From Perkinsus chesapeaki ATCC PRA-425 (lineage: Eukaryota > Protista > Perkinsozoa), in the NCBI GenBank assembly GCA_013115145.1, contig JAAPAO010000097.1:1-64000 (forward strand): a DNA stretch of 64,000 bases, in the 5' to 3' direction. Of the stretch, positions 1 through 13,830 are shown one piece after another (positions within the stretch are counted from its first letter, which is position 1; each line of letters starts with the position of its first letter). The position numbers were made by a program, and so were the translations under genes. The notes under the pieces are model-generated. The model had not been told where the DNA came from. It saw nothing but the letters and a program-made list of their open reading frames with translations, and did not search any database.

Positions 1-91
1 TCTTAACATAAATCTCGCTCGCCTGTCGAAATAGAAGTTACTATTGTCGAAATAGGCGTTGAAAAGGTGTAGTCTTCGCTAGGACTAGCTA

Positions 92-1586
92 GTGCACAGT
101 CTAAGCTCGTGCAGCACGAGTCATGCTGACGTAGTCATCAGGAATGATGGAGCCAAGTTCGTATCCTTCACAGCTTTTGCTTATTCCATCACCTTGCAAT
201 CTACTCCCACATGTGGGTCGTCCATTATGGGGCTCCCATCAGTGATGGGCCATCACTCAATTAATGAACGTTATGCGTAACTCTTCTCCCTTCGCCAAAT
301 CCTTCTAACTAGTTCTTTCATTTTACTGGTCTTGTGACGGCTGCCCATTAAGCATACCGGCTGAGCTGTCGGCAATATCGTTACGACACTATTAATGAAC
401 CTCTAGTAGCGGGATTCTGAGAAAAAATAAAACTGACTCCCAAATAAACTGGATCAGGGGCCGCTAAAGGCGATCCTTTCCTGCTGGATTTAATGATCGT
501 AGCAGCACTGTCCTACTGGGACGGTATAGTAAATGTTGTGTGTGAAACTCACTGTTACAAGCACAACTCAGTTATATGAACTAAGTTTTAGTACTAAACC
601 GGGTACTGCAAGATTTCTACTCACTACGACATAACCACTAAAAGCATCCTTAAGGGACATCATTGGTACTATTTACTCCTGACGTTTCGACTTAACAAAG
701 TTATTAATATTTTCCGTATAGACTGAATCAAGACTGGCGCCTCAGGACTCACGATTTCTTAGTCGATATGAGTTAGCTCCCAGTGTGTATCACAGCCATC
801 GAGAACCATCTTGCCATCCTTCGGGTATGCATTCCAGCTACAATCATCACCCACACGGACATCTTCTGCTACTTCATTCAGGCATTTGGTGGTGGGATCG
901 TCCGTCGGAGAAATCGAATCAAGTTGATTCAATCAACTTGGTAAAGTACGCCGCCGCTGTTCTCATTTCCATTAGTCTTGCCGAGCACTTCCGATACGCC
1001 GTACATGAAGTAGCAGTTGACGCAGGTGCCCCGATTAGTTCCCCTCTCCAGCTCAACGTCGGCCATAATTTCCATCTCAGACGAGCTCTTCACAGTCATA
1101 ATGCAAAAGAAGCGATAGTCGTTATCCCATCCATCGTACTCGCCGAGGGCAGCCACCTCCGCTAGTTGAGGCTCAACTAGGAGGCAAATAATAACCGTCA
1201 CTTGAAATAAATTATAAGGTGTCATTCTCATATTAAAAAGTTGGTAGACTTGGTGTGGACAACTTTCGGAGATATGGGAGTGATTGGGCTCTAGTGAAGT
1301 TTGGAATCGCACCACAGCACAAAGCTTTTTTTGTTACTGTACAAGACGTAACAAATTTATCGTTACTTCTTTTGATGGGAGTGAGCGCCCTTCGCACAAC
1401 GCTTACGATAAAATCGCACACAACTTGTGCGCAAAAGCTGGAAGAAACACAGGAACTTATTTTGCTTATTCCATGATTGAATTTCCATCATCCCTCCGCT
1501 CTTTGCCCAGAAGTTTCAGTATCCCAGCACATGATGCTCTGATGAAAATCGTATTATTATCCATCGTCACCTATACCAATCCTTAG
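92..1586 (+). CDS. Possible multi-exon gene, function unknown (weak resemblance to a degenerate pepsin-like protease)
   Basis: Several coding-looking segments end at GT donors (...GSSIMGLPSVMG..., ...RSSTVLLG, ...YAVHEVAVDAGAP...). No catalytic DTG motif found; strand and structure uncertain. Confidence 0.2.
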
Positions 1587-2552
1587 TGGATCGGTTTACC
1601 AGGCTTAATGGATCCTGCGACACCTCGAGAAGAGGTCTCGATGTCGCCGACCCTTGAAAATTATACAAGTGCTGGAGCACTGAGTTGGTGCCACACCAGC
1701 CATTAAAGCCGTTGCACTGTACTGTGCTCTGGTCGACCTCCCATCTGAATGATGGACAGGTATCAAAGTACGCCCGAAGGCGGGACACATGGCTACCTAC
1801 TACCGGAAAACGATAACAGCGGTAGGAGCCATATCAGGATTAGGTATCTGAGTGCCGTAGTCTCTCCAGCAACTCAAATACATACTTACACATAGTCACC
1901 AGGGAACCGCGGAGCTTTGGATCCACCGTGTACTTGTACAAGTACTTCGGTACGTAAAGGTTAGACGCTTTACGTGCTCCATCCAGAAGCGGACAATCCC
2001 TGATCCTCGATCCTAGATAAGAGCTCGCGGATGAGGCTTGTGCTGGCTCGCCGTTTGCGCCGTGAAGTTCACTATTTCCCGACAAGATGGCTCCCTCCGC
2101 ACAAAGGCCACTCAGTGATGATTATGTGCTCATTTTACGTTATTATTTCTTTGCTGTGATGACGCAGTGGCGCCCGTAGGGCTACTGTTATACAAGCTGT
2201 GGTATTTATCCATTTTTCTTGATTTAGAGCCCTTGTAGATTGGGCTGCTCTGTCTCTCCATTGTCGAAAGAAAAGTAGCATGTGAATACGTGGGAGTTGG
2301 TCCGCACGCAGGCGATAGGCGCCATAATCGATTATTGCTTATAAAAGCTTCAGACCAACTAAGAAATTGTTAAGTAGATTTCCCCACTCGGGCCTAAGTG
2401 TCGAATTGACTAACACTGTCTGTCAACAGTATTGGTAGTACATTATATATTTCTATTTTCTCACAATGAACCTTCCTGTGTCGCGTTATATGTGATAAAG
2501 GCTCCATTACTGAAGAACTCAAGATGAATTATGAAACCATGAGACTAATTTA

Positions 2553-5500
2553 TCATCCGTATTCTTCCCTAACGAAATCAGCATAATCGAAAGTATTATT
2601 TTGCGCCTTCGTCGCTCGCGGCAGTTTCTCTTGGACGGCCGGCGGCTCAACTCCAATCAAATAACATATCTTTGAGTGGGCGGACTCCCATTGCGGCCGT
2701 CCCTCAGTCCAATCGGTCTCAATGAGCAACTCGGAAATATCTTCATCCATAACGCCGTCTGCGCACTGTAAAGATTTTTCATATATCATTTTGGCGGTGG
2801 GATGTCGGACTTTGGGGAACTCGTGGCATAGCAATCGACAGAACAATGCGGTCTCGGCTATCTTTTTAGCTTCGGCGGGTATCGGATAAACCCCAAAATA
2901 AATGGATGAAAAGCAACCAGCGCACTCTCGCAATTTAGTAACATTCCGAGACCCTCGGCACTCAGCCAGCGTAGCGCTGGCCAACTCGGACACCTGCCCC
3001 TCAGAAAGGGAGAGCAGCTCGCGGTCGATGAGGAGCTGAAGCGTTGTCAGCCACGGTATAGCGAAGCGGCCATCTCGATCAGCACGCGTGGGGAAGACCA
3101 ATACAGTTGAGACTGACTTATGTAATGTGAGCAAGAGATCAGTCAGAAGTCGCTGCCACTTCTCGCCAGACTTGAGAACTTCGATGAGCGCTTCGGAGGC
3201 TTCACGAGAAACAGCGTGAGAGAGACAACCAGCAGACGATACCAAAGAGGATAGAATCGTAAGCTTTTCACGGGGTTCGCTGAACTTGGCAATCGACCGC
3301 AAACCGGTTGAGAAAATATTCATTTTGGAATCATTCCGGTAGAGCTCTAAGACGTCAGCGCAGACAGTAGGAATGTCCGAGATTTGAGATGTCCGCAAAG
3401 GGGGAACAACTTCGAGTGGAATCTTTGGAGGCGCCTCGAAGCCTTTCCGGATGGACTTGTACACCTGCACATCAGGCCATTGAAATAATTTCCTACAATA
3501 AGCATGTTCCGCAGGTAAATGGACATTCTTCGTCGAGTTTTAATAATTTCAGAGTGAAAGCTGAAGTGTAATTATCAATAGCGACGTGCTTAATATTAGT
3601 ATGAACCAATTAAAAGTGTTAATAATTTACAACAGACGTCAATTCAAATCCACTTGCTTGAAAGGAATAAACGATTCTTGAATCCTACCTCGTCGCATGC
3701 GTCTCCGCGGCTCCCGTCAGCCTCAGCGAGTGCCCTGAGCCCTTCGCTCGAGACCAGTCTGACATGGTCTAATCTGCTCACACTTGCCGCAATCAAGCTA
3801 GCGAGTGCCGCTTCACACAACAGAGCTGATCGCCAGCTTGAGGAGGTCTCCGTCGACAAAGCAGCGCCAATCAAAATCGCAAGTCCTCTAGCTGAGTCTT
3901 CCCTGACCCAACGACCGACATCTCCTCGACTATCAGTTGCATAGTCCACGACGACACACCGCAGCAACGCCCTAACAATGCGCTCGGCACACTCGGATTT
4001 ATCCCGGACAATTTCCAATCGAGCGACTGCCAGCAGACCAACAACAGCCCATCGCCTGGTCTCAGCATCAACCAGGTCACCCGAGATCGGATGGTCGGGC
4101 CACGCGTTGGCTTCCTCTACGAACATCGAAACGACCTCAGGCTTCACCGGCTCGGTGCGCGCCCGACTGAGCAACGCCAAGGCTAAAACATATCCGCGCC
4201 GAGCGGCCACATTCTCCTCCGAGACTTGCAAATTCTTCAGATATTCTTCCTCCACTTTATCTATCTCCCCCGATGTAATCTCACCGGGGCGCTTTACCGC
4301 AAGAGCCATCAACGCTTCAGCGGCGGCAATTTGGACCTGGAAAAGGCGGAGCGAAGTTTTTTAATCGATATCTTATGGAGCCTACCGCTGCTGTGAAGTG
4401 CCTTATGCTGGAGTTAATGCTCTGAATGTATCTCGGGATGGTGTTGGCTTTTAAAGGAATTGAGTTCCGAGCCTGATAGGGAAAAATGTAACCATGTAAA
4501 CAACGCTAGCGCGCCACACAGTACCATCGACGCTTAAAAGGATTTGAAGCGCATTTGAGGTGCGGAAGGGCCCTTTTTGCGGCGACTTACGTAAAAGATA
4601 GCCTGGACGAGTGAACAAGCAGCGGCACGGATCATCTCTCCTCCTCTCCCACGATAGAGTCGAGCCTTCTCGATCTTGGGGACGATGTTACGAATTGAAG
4701 TAATGGAGGCATCATCCAGTACTTTACGAGGCTCGTCTTGTAGCACCTGAGTGTCAATAATAATGTCATCTTTGCCAGTGCCGAAATAGTTCATATGAAA
4801 GTTAATCCTATTAGAAATAGAGAATCCCGCGGGTAGCAGCTTGACGAAGTGCCCATGAACCTTGCAGTGCGTTACACGAATCATTCGATTCCGTATGGAA
4901 ATAATAATACCAATTTCCTATACTGGGAACGGATGTCAATTTTCGACTCTGGTGCCGTGAATTCCACGCACATTGTGCGTGAAATCTCTCAATACTGAGA
5001 GATCTCTCTCTCAGATGCTGACTTAATCTTCCCATGGTGGTGGCCGAAAAGTGGGAGAAATGGTTGTCAATTTGACACGCTGACTAGTCACGTCGATTCT
5101 TGCCCGACAGTAGCAAAAAACGCTCATGTAGCATTATTCCCGGAAAAATATTTTTCCTTTGGGAAATTTGAAACTTCCTACTTTCAACCACCCTGAATCT
5201 TCGTAGAGAATGAAGTCAAATCTGTGTGGGGAAAATTGCACGGCTTCCTCAATCAACCAACAAGCACTTTCTTCACCCGGCAGGCCCTCGGATGCGGTCC
5301 GCATCACGCGGAACACATCCGGTATAGAATCTAGAGTCTAAATTCTACCGAAGAAAGCACCCACGCCGTGAGTGAGTCACAGTGACTCAGTCGCAGCCCG
5401 TAAAGGCGTGTAGTAAACAGCAGCCCGGCACTGAACGCATTTTAATGAAAAGAATACTTGCTCGCATAGGCCTTATTCGATCAGCAGAACTACAAGGGGA

Positions 5501-8500
5501 ACGGGTTATTACTCCTGTCAATGTACTCTTACGCGTCGTGCTATTATAAAGATCTTACCAGTCTCTCACAAGCCACAACGATCTCGGCAACTGCAAGGAG
5601 TGCTCCATGGCGAACTGTGGTGGGATGAGAGGCGGCCTCTTCAAGACAGGCCGGTAACAGCTTCTGCGATATATACTGAAAGGCGTGGGTTCGATCCCGG
5701 CATGCAGTATTTTTAGTGCACCTCTGTTAGTTGTATTTCACTGGTGAACGGAACCAAGGTGCCAATGCTCCTTGCTGCAAGCTCTCGAGCTCCCTTATCA
5801 TTGCTCCTAAGATGATACACGTACCTTTCCCAGCAGATCTGCACTAGTTAAATAATATAAATCTGTGGTGCGATCCGAACCTCTGCGACGCACTTTAACG
5901 GAAAAACCTATTTTCTAATGACCTCCCCTAATTTCAGCACACACTATCGCATTTTAGTATGATCCGCCAGAATTGAGTGAATCATGAACAGAACTAGTAG
6001 AGGTACGTCGGACGCTCCGAGAAGGGATTTATTGTTTTATTTTGGCCTAGGAACATATGTGCAATCGACTTTCGAATTTCCGCCCCGGAAACATCTTTTG
6101 ACTATCGAAGAGCACGTTTACCGGACGATAGATGACTAACCCCACCTTATCTACAAGCAGGTATTGAGCACCTACTCACTAGAACACATCTGCGCGGTTG
6201 CGAACTACAATTACATTTTATGGAAAATCTAGTCTCGATCAGTGCTTGCTCGTTAGACCTACTTAAGATGCAATCCAATGAGATGATCCAGCACAAAGGG
6301 AACCAGCTCAGGATCGCTGCCTGAAAGCTTGCCTGAGAATATAGTGCTAACAGATCTCTAAATAAGAGCTCATACCAACAACTTCGCCTAGAAGAGTCGT
6401 GGCAGCATAAGTCCTATTGGCAACCGTCCAGTAATCCACCAGATTCACAAATAGGAACCCGGCATCCTCAGCGCTTGTACAGCCCAAACGCCCCACAATC
6501 TCCTGGGCGGCTGCAGAGGCCGCACGTCGTACGACTATACTTGGATCAAGAAGGGAGGAGCAGATCTGAAGTACGCCGGTAATGACCTATAATTACTTCA
6601 AACCAGACAACCACCGGCTTGCTCAAGAATCGAGCCTTCTTGAGCCAGTAAACTCAAGCGCAGTAATATTTACTATCTCAATCAACATCGAATACGTTTA
6701 ATGAGTTATATTTCACTAACACGATAATACAATACACAGTAAGGGGTAAGAAGTATTTTAGGGCTTGCAATTTCGAAAGTTTTGGTGCGCAGCCTTCATC
6801 ATCTGTGAGAGGTGACCAGCAGAGGCTTGGATCCCTTACACGTTTTGCCTTATGGGCCTAGCCTCTGGAAGATTTCAGTCGGTATGGCTTTGCGAATCCC
6901 ACAGTATCCTTGCGAGGTGCACGCCCCATAGAGTTACTTGACCGAATCCCCCCACAGACGGGTAAATGCGTCAAAAAACACAGTACTTTCGAACAAGAAC
7001 GTATTCCACAGCGGAGGCCTGTTACCAGTAGTCGAAGCACCATACTTAGGTTCTTTTGAACGATATCTCTTTGACAGACTCCCCGAGCAACAGCCCACAG
7101 AATATAACACGCGGCGTCCCGGGCAGCTGGAAGTGGCTGGCATTCAAATGCTGGCCTTGCCACCTTCGATAAGAGCTCGCCCAAAGCCTCGGGAGTTTTA
7201 AATGCAAGAGCCGTCGATCCCAATCTGAAACGAAACCCTTACGGAACACCTGAAGAGCCCTGAACCTGAACCTGCTGGCGGCCGTTGAGTATGTATTTTA
7301 TGATTTCGTCCGGAAACCGTGCGGAAGTCCCTTAGGGAAAGCAGATGCGACAATTGTTTGAACCTTGCCCGAATCGTTTTCATATGCCCCAACATTCATG
7401 CCCCTCGCGAGGAAACCGAGCGCGAGTTCAACGGAGACATACCTCCGAATCATCTCAGCTACAGCCAAGCTGGTGCCGTGCATCCTGTGGGCGCTTCCCA
7501 GAGTTCTTATTCCGTCATCTTCATCAGGGGTAAGCGCCGTCAGGACGTCAACTGCTGCGGACGATGGTAGGACATTAGCAATGCGCCCAAGGGCCTGAGA
7601 GCGAGCCATGTGTCAGGGAGGGAGCGTCCGCTTCATCTCGGATCAACGAGGAAGAAAATTTCGGATGGATTCATGAAGATTGGTGATCTCTTAAAAGTAC
7701 TGAAGGGGTATGTCATTTTCACGATGTGATTGGGAAAGATTACAGGACTCAGCTGAGCAGAGCTAAAGATGATCCGGCGGGACAAGACCAGCCACTGGAT
7801 GCGAAAATGAGACTACCTTGGCAGCAGTCCACCTCACAACAGTGACCGGGTCCTCCAATGAAGACAGGAGCAAATCGCCGATAACATCCTCTACCTGAGG
7901 AAATATCAACCACCGATCAACCAATATCTCCCACACCCCCGATAATACCAAGCTCTGAACAGATTCTCGCATAACAAATTCCCCATCTTGACCTTGTCGC
8001 TTCACCACATCAGGTGGTGCAAGATCTTGCTTCGACTGGCCATTGCAAAGTCGGCGACCGCCAGCCTGACGGTATCTGAGCCACGCTCGAGTCTGGTGAA
8101 CACATGCGAAGCACGAGAAAGGTGAACGGCCCAACCTGACTTGGGATTCGGGGTGTGCCCGACAGAATTTCTAATTCTGCAAAACAGAGCCGCTAAACTT
8201 GGCTCGACTGAACTCTATCAGAGAGATATGATCAACTGCTGTCTCGGACAAACAGAGCACAGCGTCGTAGGTCTTCAACATTTCCAACCAATCGACTATC
8301 CGCAAAGGACACTGTCCTTGGGACAGCATCATCTGTGTACTGGGATCCCGAGGATCTCATTTTGTTCAGCATGCATCACTGAACTGACATCCTCAATATT
8401 CGATTATTGTAAAGCACGACAAAGCTGTGATGGGAAAGAGACGCTCGTCCAGCGCATGCGTCAATCTCGTGTCACCGTGTACATGCGTACGATAGTAGGG

Positions 8501-11500
8501 GAGCCGCTGAAGGTGGTTGAGGCCTCCCTGAGTTAAGGTCCGAGAGTTTCAAGCTCGTTATTGCCAAAGGTCTGAGTTACTAAAACCAGATTTCGGTGGC
8601 CATGGCCAGGCAATAAAATGACATTGTGAGGGGTAATACAGCGTTAGCAAGTTCGATACTACATACTGTCTCATCCAGTGAAGAGGGAAAGAGTTATCCT
8701 GTGAGATAATATTAGTCCAATTTTCACATCAGTATTGTTGCAATTTTGTATATGTATTTGTTCTTCGTAAATGTGTATCTTTGTACTGTATTTTTATTTG
8801 TATTTTTTATTTTAATATTTGTAATGTACATAGTATGCTTAACATATAAACATACCAAATTATCATACTGCATACTTTCCATGCCAAAATTTTCAAAATG
8901 TCACTGACCTCCATTCCTGTCGAGCCTGACGGACGTCATCAGGGCATTCCCGATCGACCAATTCAGCGCATATCCGTCCGCACAACCCTACCACAATCTT
9001 CTTCTTAGGAACGCCACGAATTTCTGACAAACTCGCTGTGACCAGAGATGGTCGTACAATGCTTACCCCAGAGATGGGAACTACCTCGTACGATTGATAT
9101 CAGCTCATCATTCGGCATATTGCGGAGAGTTGATAACTTACCCAGCTGCTGAGCTACAAGCATTCTTGACCATTTGTTATCATTTGACCAACCCTGAGAT
9201 ACCAAAATATTCTTTAACGCGTTTGGGAAAATAGGCGATATTTTTGGTAGTATAAAATACGGAAGCATGCTGCTCTTGGGGGATTGAAGCGACCTTTTCC
9301 TTAGTACTTTAACGATGAAAACAAGCAATAATCGAGAGAGTAACGGTGATGAAGGTTAATTGAGTTAGTTGGGGCGAATCCAAAAAGCCGAGGCCCGTGG
9401 GGTCGTATTCGAACTATTGCTCCCGAGAAGGTACATGTTCCCTATCAAACATCCCATAGTAGCACCGATGATGATAAAGAATAAAGGATAAGAAGAGCTT
9501 AGAAATACTGAAAACAAACGACTAAAATTTTCAGTTGTAAATAAAGTAATGAACTTCCAGGATGCACAGTGTGAAGTAACTGGGGGAAGGATATACACTT
9601 TTACACTTTTACTTAATTGACCATTGAGCTGCTCCTTACATTGATCTGTCTGAAGAAGTCCTCCTTAACACTGTTATCGTTGATATCCTCCCTCGCTATC
9701 AATCGAGCTAGACATAACGCTGCTGCACGATGAAGCCGTTCGCAATGTCCAATCAACGCCGATGAACAACTAATAATGAAACGGTTAATCGATTTCATTG
9801 AATACGCCCTTAAACATGAGCAACACCACTTTACTTTATCTAGTATGAAATGGATATCTTCAACAAGTTCAGATATATCCTTGCCAAGCTATCAAACGAT
9901 TATCGTGAAATTGATTTATCATTGGTTTTTGGTAGCAGTCATCCCAAACAGTAAGCTATACAATTTTGAGCTCCAATAATATTGGATACTCCAAATCTTT
10001 CGTAACAAATCACGACGTGTATCAAATCTCACTTCAGCCTCGTCTCCAGCCCCCTATGCGTCGTACTCACTAGAACGACTAACCCTACCAGACATTTACA
10101 CTTTATACCAGTAAGATTCTCCTGTCGAAATGATGCAATAATATTACCGACATAATAGGTCTTCGTGACGAATACTCCGAGCTCGGAGGGTTTGCAAATC
10201 GTTAACAAACTTTGTTGGGATGCCGCAGGTTCGATTCCCAGGCCGGGCTTTTTTTGCCAAGAAATATTTTTCGGACGTAAAAGTCTAATATCTTCTGACT
10301 TTCGTAAACCTGTCATTCGTATTCCTCCCAGTCGAATGGCGTATATCACGTAACCTCTTCAGATGATCGAGGTAGATAATTTGTACAAACGCACAAACTA
10401 CTAGCGCCCCGGTCGCTTTTCTCAATCCGCAAATTACAGTAATAACAGTTTAGCTGTACACAGAGACAATGGCTGTATTATTATTTATATTTATTTAATA
10501 ACATTATATACAATAACAATATTATTATCTGCAAACCTATACGGTCCAAATTTTCCTAAATTCTCCTACCATTTTCCTATTCTCTCTGGGACGTTTGCTG
10601 TAGGCCATGCGGTGAAGGGAAAAGGTGCCAATAATAGTACAGATAACCATACTAGCATCACAAACCTAAATAAAGAAGAAATGTCCGGAGCGACTCGATA
10701 TCGGACGGGATGATTATACGATTATATAATTTACATAGTTACCTCATGTCAAAATTTCTCGAAAAAAATTTCTCGAAAAAAATTAAGTAAAAATGGGAAA
10801 AATGGGAAAAATGGGGAAATGGAAAAAATGGGAAAAATGGGGAAAATGGGGAAAAATTAAATAAATGGAAAGAATATATTAAATTGTGAGCGCGGAAATA
10901 TTCCACACTTCCACAGCACCAATGAGAAACATCTCGATAAAATCTCGATACCTTACTTTGATTCCCAACCTTCAATGACTTCCTCCTCTGTTGAGTTCAT
11001 CAATACAATTTCTTCCGCTTTAGTCAGTACCGGTTCAATAAGATTGATCTCATGAGGGAAATGTCCAAGAGGTGCACTGCCGAGACCGCGGACCTGAGCA
11101 GTGTCAGAGAGCCATCATCGAGCCCCACAGAAATATGCCTTTCACGGATCGAAAAAGAGTTTCCCAATGCTGATGCTGATATATAGTTGAAATTTTGATA
11201 GAAAATGTTGCTAGACCAAAGGTAAATTCCAAATACATTCTGACACTGGCAACATCTGAAGCTGGTTAATGTATATGTCATTATACACAATCCTACAGGA
11301 CGCATCATAGCGGAGACCGGAATACGGTGTGCAGACCTAACGTACTCAGAAAGGCGAGTTTCGATCTAATTTTTTCTCGGACATATACCTACAACTTAGA
11401 CACGGACAGCGGCCTCGTTTTGGGAAAAATGTAAATTATTAAAAAAAGACCTTTTGAAATATATCTCACGATTCTATCAAGCAATTTGCAGAGAAATTCG

Positions 11501-13752
11501 CGTGCCAAAAAATACTGAAAAAAGTTGATAAAGATTTTCCTAGAAAAATCTCTCAGAACTAGCAAAGCTTGCTCCTGGTGATTTTTACAACTAGAAGGTT
11601 CGATAGGAATTTCCTAGTATCAGAAGATACCTTCTGGTAACACTTCTTATTTCATAGCGATTTTCTAGCACTAATAGGGTAGGATCTTGCGCCACTACCG
11701 ACTCAGGAATTTCTGGGACGATTTGATGACTCAGGAATTTCTGGGACGATTTGATGACTTAGAAATTTTCTTTCGCTTTGAGGGAAGGAAGATCCCTTCT
11801 GCTAGCACTTGCCTTTATAACTCACCTTGAATATTAAATATAGTATTGAGCAAACTAGATGGCAACTCTTACTCCAAACAATCTTACTAGACGTTACTTG
11901 ATCAACCAAAAAAGAGATAAATGGTGAAGTTAAAGAACTCATATGAGGATCCAATAGGGAACCTCTTTCTTGGTACCTGAGCTGAAAGGTTCAGGCAAAA
12001 TCTATTTCGATGAAATATCTTGTGCTGAGTTACTCAACAGTCCCAGCTGGAGACGATGAGATCGCCTTGCCGATGAGGAAATGCAACGAAATGGACTACA
12101 ATTGAGTAATATAAAGGTTACGTATTCGCATAGGTTAATATCATCCCACATATTATCATCCTCACGCTTATATAAATCGATTAATATAAAGCGGAACGTC
12201 CATTACTGGCAGATGGCAGTTCTACCAAAATAATAACAATAGATTACATCAAGTACTCACGAAAAATCATCATTGAACTAATCGTTATACTGGAAGAATA
12301 GTCAGCAAAGATTGACAGGCCATATAATTTTGTAATGGAGTTCATATCGATTCTGGCCCCCTGAATGCATATGGTCATAAGGGTCCAATGAATGTTGTGA
12401 TAATTATACCAGTTGCCACAGTTGCCATGGTGGATCGTAGTGTGACCATCTGTTAGGAGGTTTATGATTAAAAACTCAAAAACAATGTAGATCGAGTTTG
12501 TGTACAGCCCCCGCCACTTTCGATCCTAATTACGGTTCCAAGATATTTTTCAGGTCGTAACACATCCTTTGGCATTCACTGAGCGATTCTTCGAAATCCT
12601 CTCCAGCCATTTCGATGTCTCTTTCTTCGACCGCCAATGTTATTATCTTCTCAATGAGATCCAGTGCCTTAGCTTTCTCTCTAAAAATATAGCATATAGA
12701 AATTGGAAATTCGATGCCCATTCGACTTCAACCGAAATTCTTCGATGAAGCTTCCAAGTCTCGCCGTAATAAAAACAATACTTTAAGTTCAACATTATGT
12801 CCCAGAATACAACGCCGCATCCAGGAGGAGGTACCAGTCATGGCTCCCAGACGGACTACTGGAATTGATATTTTATTTTGGTCTAGCAACATCTTCGAGG
12901 ACTATATTTCTTAGGCAAGATGACTCGCTGGTGGTACACATGTATGAAACATTTTCATTATATATCCGCAATAAGAACAACTTTTGATCCTCCAACTTAA
13001 GGAGGAGTAAAAGTTTGTCTAGGAGGCTCCAAGAAGACATTTTATATATTATCATTCCTCAAGAGCAAACTTAAGAGCTAATATTAAATTATTAATAGTG
13101 ATAAATGTGAACTATCTAATATGGAAAATATATGTATACATCACAGCCCCATATACACATATTGGTAGATAACTTCAAAGTCGTATTAACAAATGCATAT
13201 CGTACTTATTCTTAAACGATAATAATTATCTTCTTTAATGTAAGGCAGCATCCCTTCAATCTGGTTCAAGCTATCTATATCATATTAAGTACCAAACCCG
13301 TATTTTCCGACAAAGTTAATTCTACACACAGAATCCAGACTCTAAGCGTCTTTACAAATCGCACGAAAAGTTTTCTAGTGGCCAAAAAACAAGTACTAAG
13401 AACCTGCTGGGTCTGCTTATCTTATAGTGTAATGAGCTTCTCTAGACTCAAGACTTATGGGCATCCAAGGGTCACCACCGCGTACTTGTCATTTTACTGT
13501 ATATCACAGCTACCGTGAGGAAAGCGCGTATGTGATGCTGATTCTTCACACAACAGACCATAATGATTGATCTAAGTCTATCGGTTCCCAGCTTCCACAC
13601 TACTTGAAGAATTCAATTTCATCCACCTCATCTTCCCCCGCTTGTCGACGATTACACAAGCTGTTCTTCCCCCAACATTCGTTCGCATTGTAATCATAAT
13701 CGGTCACTCCGGTACACGCCGAGGACTCCTCATTTCCAACAATGGTATCCAT
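2553..13752 (-). CDS. TBCD: Tubulin-specific chaperone D (multi-exon)
   Basis: Exons read MDTIVG...EIEFFK|EKAKALDLIEKII, YQERGSLLDPHMSSL (about 11900-11990; cf. YQEQPHLLDPHL), DLLLSSLEDPVTVVRWTAAK, HRMHGTSLAVAEM, RHGALLAVAEIV, DSRGDVGRWVRE, EKARLYRGRGGEMIRAA and LLCHEFPKVRHPTAKMIYE. Stop at 2553. Internal exon boundaries only partly resolved. Confidence 0.9.
5664..5721 (+). repeat. tRNA 3'-half-like element filling a 58-nt TBCD intron (antisense to host)
   Basis: ACTGA AAGGC GTGGG TTCGATC CCGGC ATGCAGT A TTTTT; intron GT at 5721, AG at 5664, in-frame join LTE|KLLPAC. Confidence 0.7.
9388..9472 (+). repeat. About 85-bp dispersed repeat, copy 1 (TBCD intron)
   Basis: Near-identical to 16331-16416 (ccgaggcccgtggggtcgtattcg...gtagcaccgatgat). 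Confidence 0.85.
10203..10255 (+). repeat. tRNA 3'-half-like element (GCAGGTTCGATTCCCAGGC subfamily) in a putative TBCD intron
   Basis: B-box GGTTCGATTCC, then 7 nt and TTTTTTT; closely similar to 15149-15198. Confidence 0.65.
10790..10858 (+). repeat. (AAAAATGGG)n-like simple repeat
   Basis: About seven degenerate 9-10 bp units. Confidence 0.85.
11700..11770. repeat. 28-bp tandem repeat, about 2.5 copies
   Basis: gactcaggaatttctgggacgatttgat twice plus a partial copy. Confidence 0.9.
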
Positions 13753-13830
13753 AGCTTAACCGTGCAAGATACAAACTACCTCAACTTTGTAACAAACTCA
13801 ACCGTCAAAAATAAAAAGAAAACCGAGCCT

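Noticed and set aside
345-375. A-box-like GCCGACAGCTCAGCCGGTA (minus) as a tRNA 5' half; similar at about 34578
   Set aside because: No pairing D-stem or anticodon stem, so not enough to claim split tRNAs.
6637-6648. CTGGCTCAAG (SL 3' end) on the minus strand
   Set aside because: Lies in an apparent TBCD exon (LLAQEGSILEQ); a 10-nt match is not significant.
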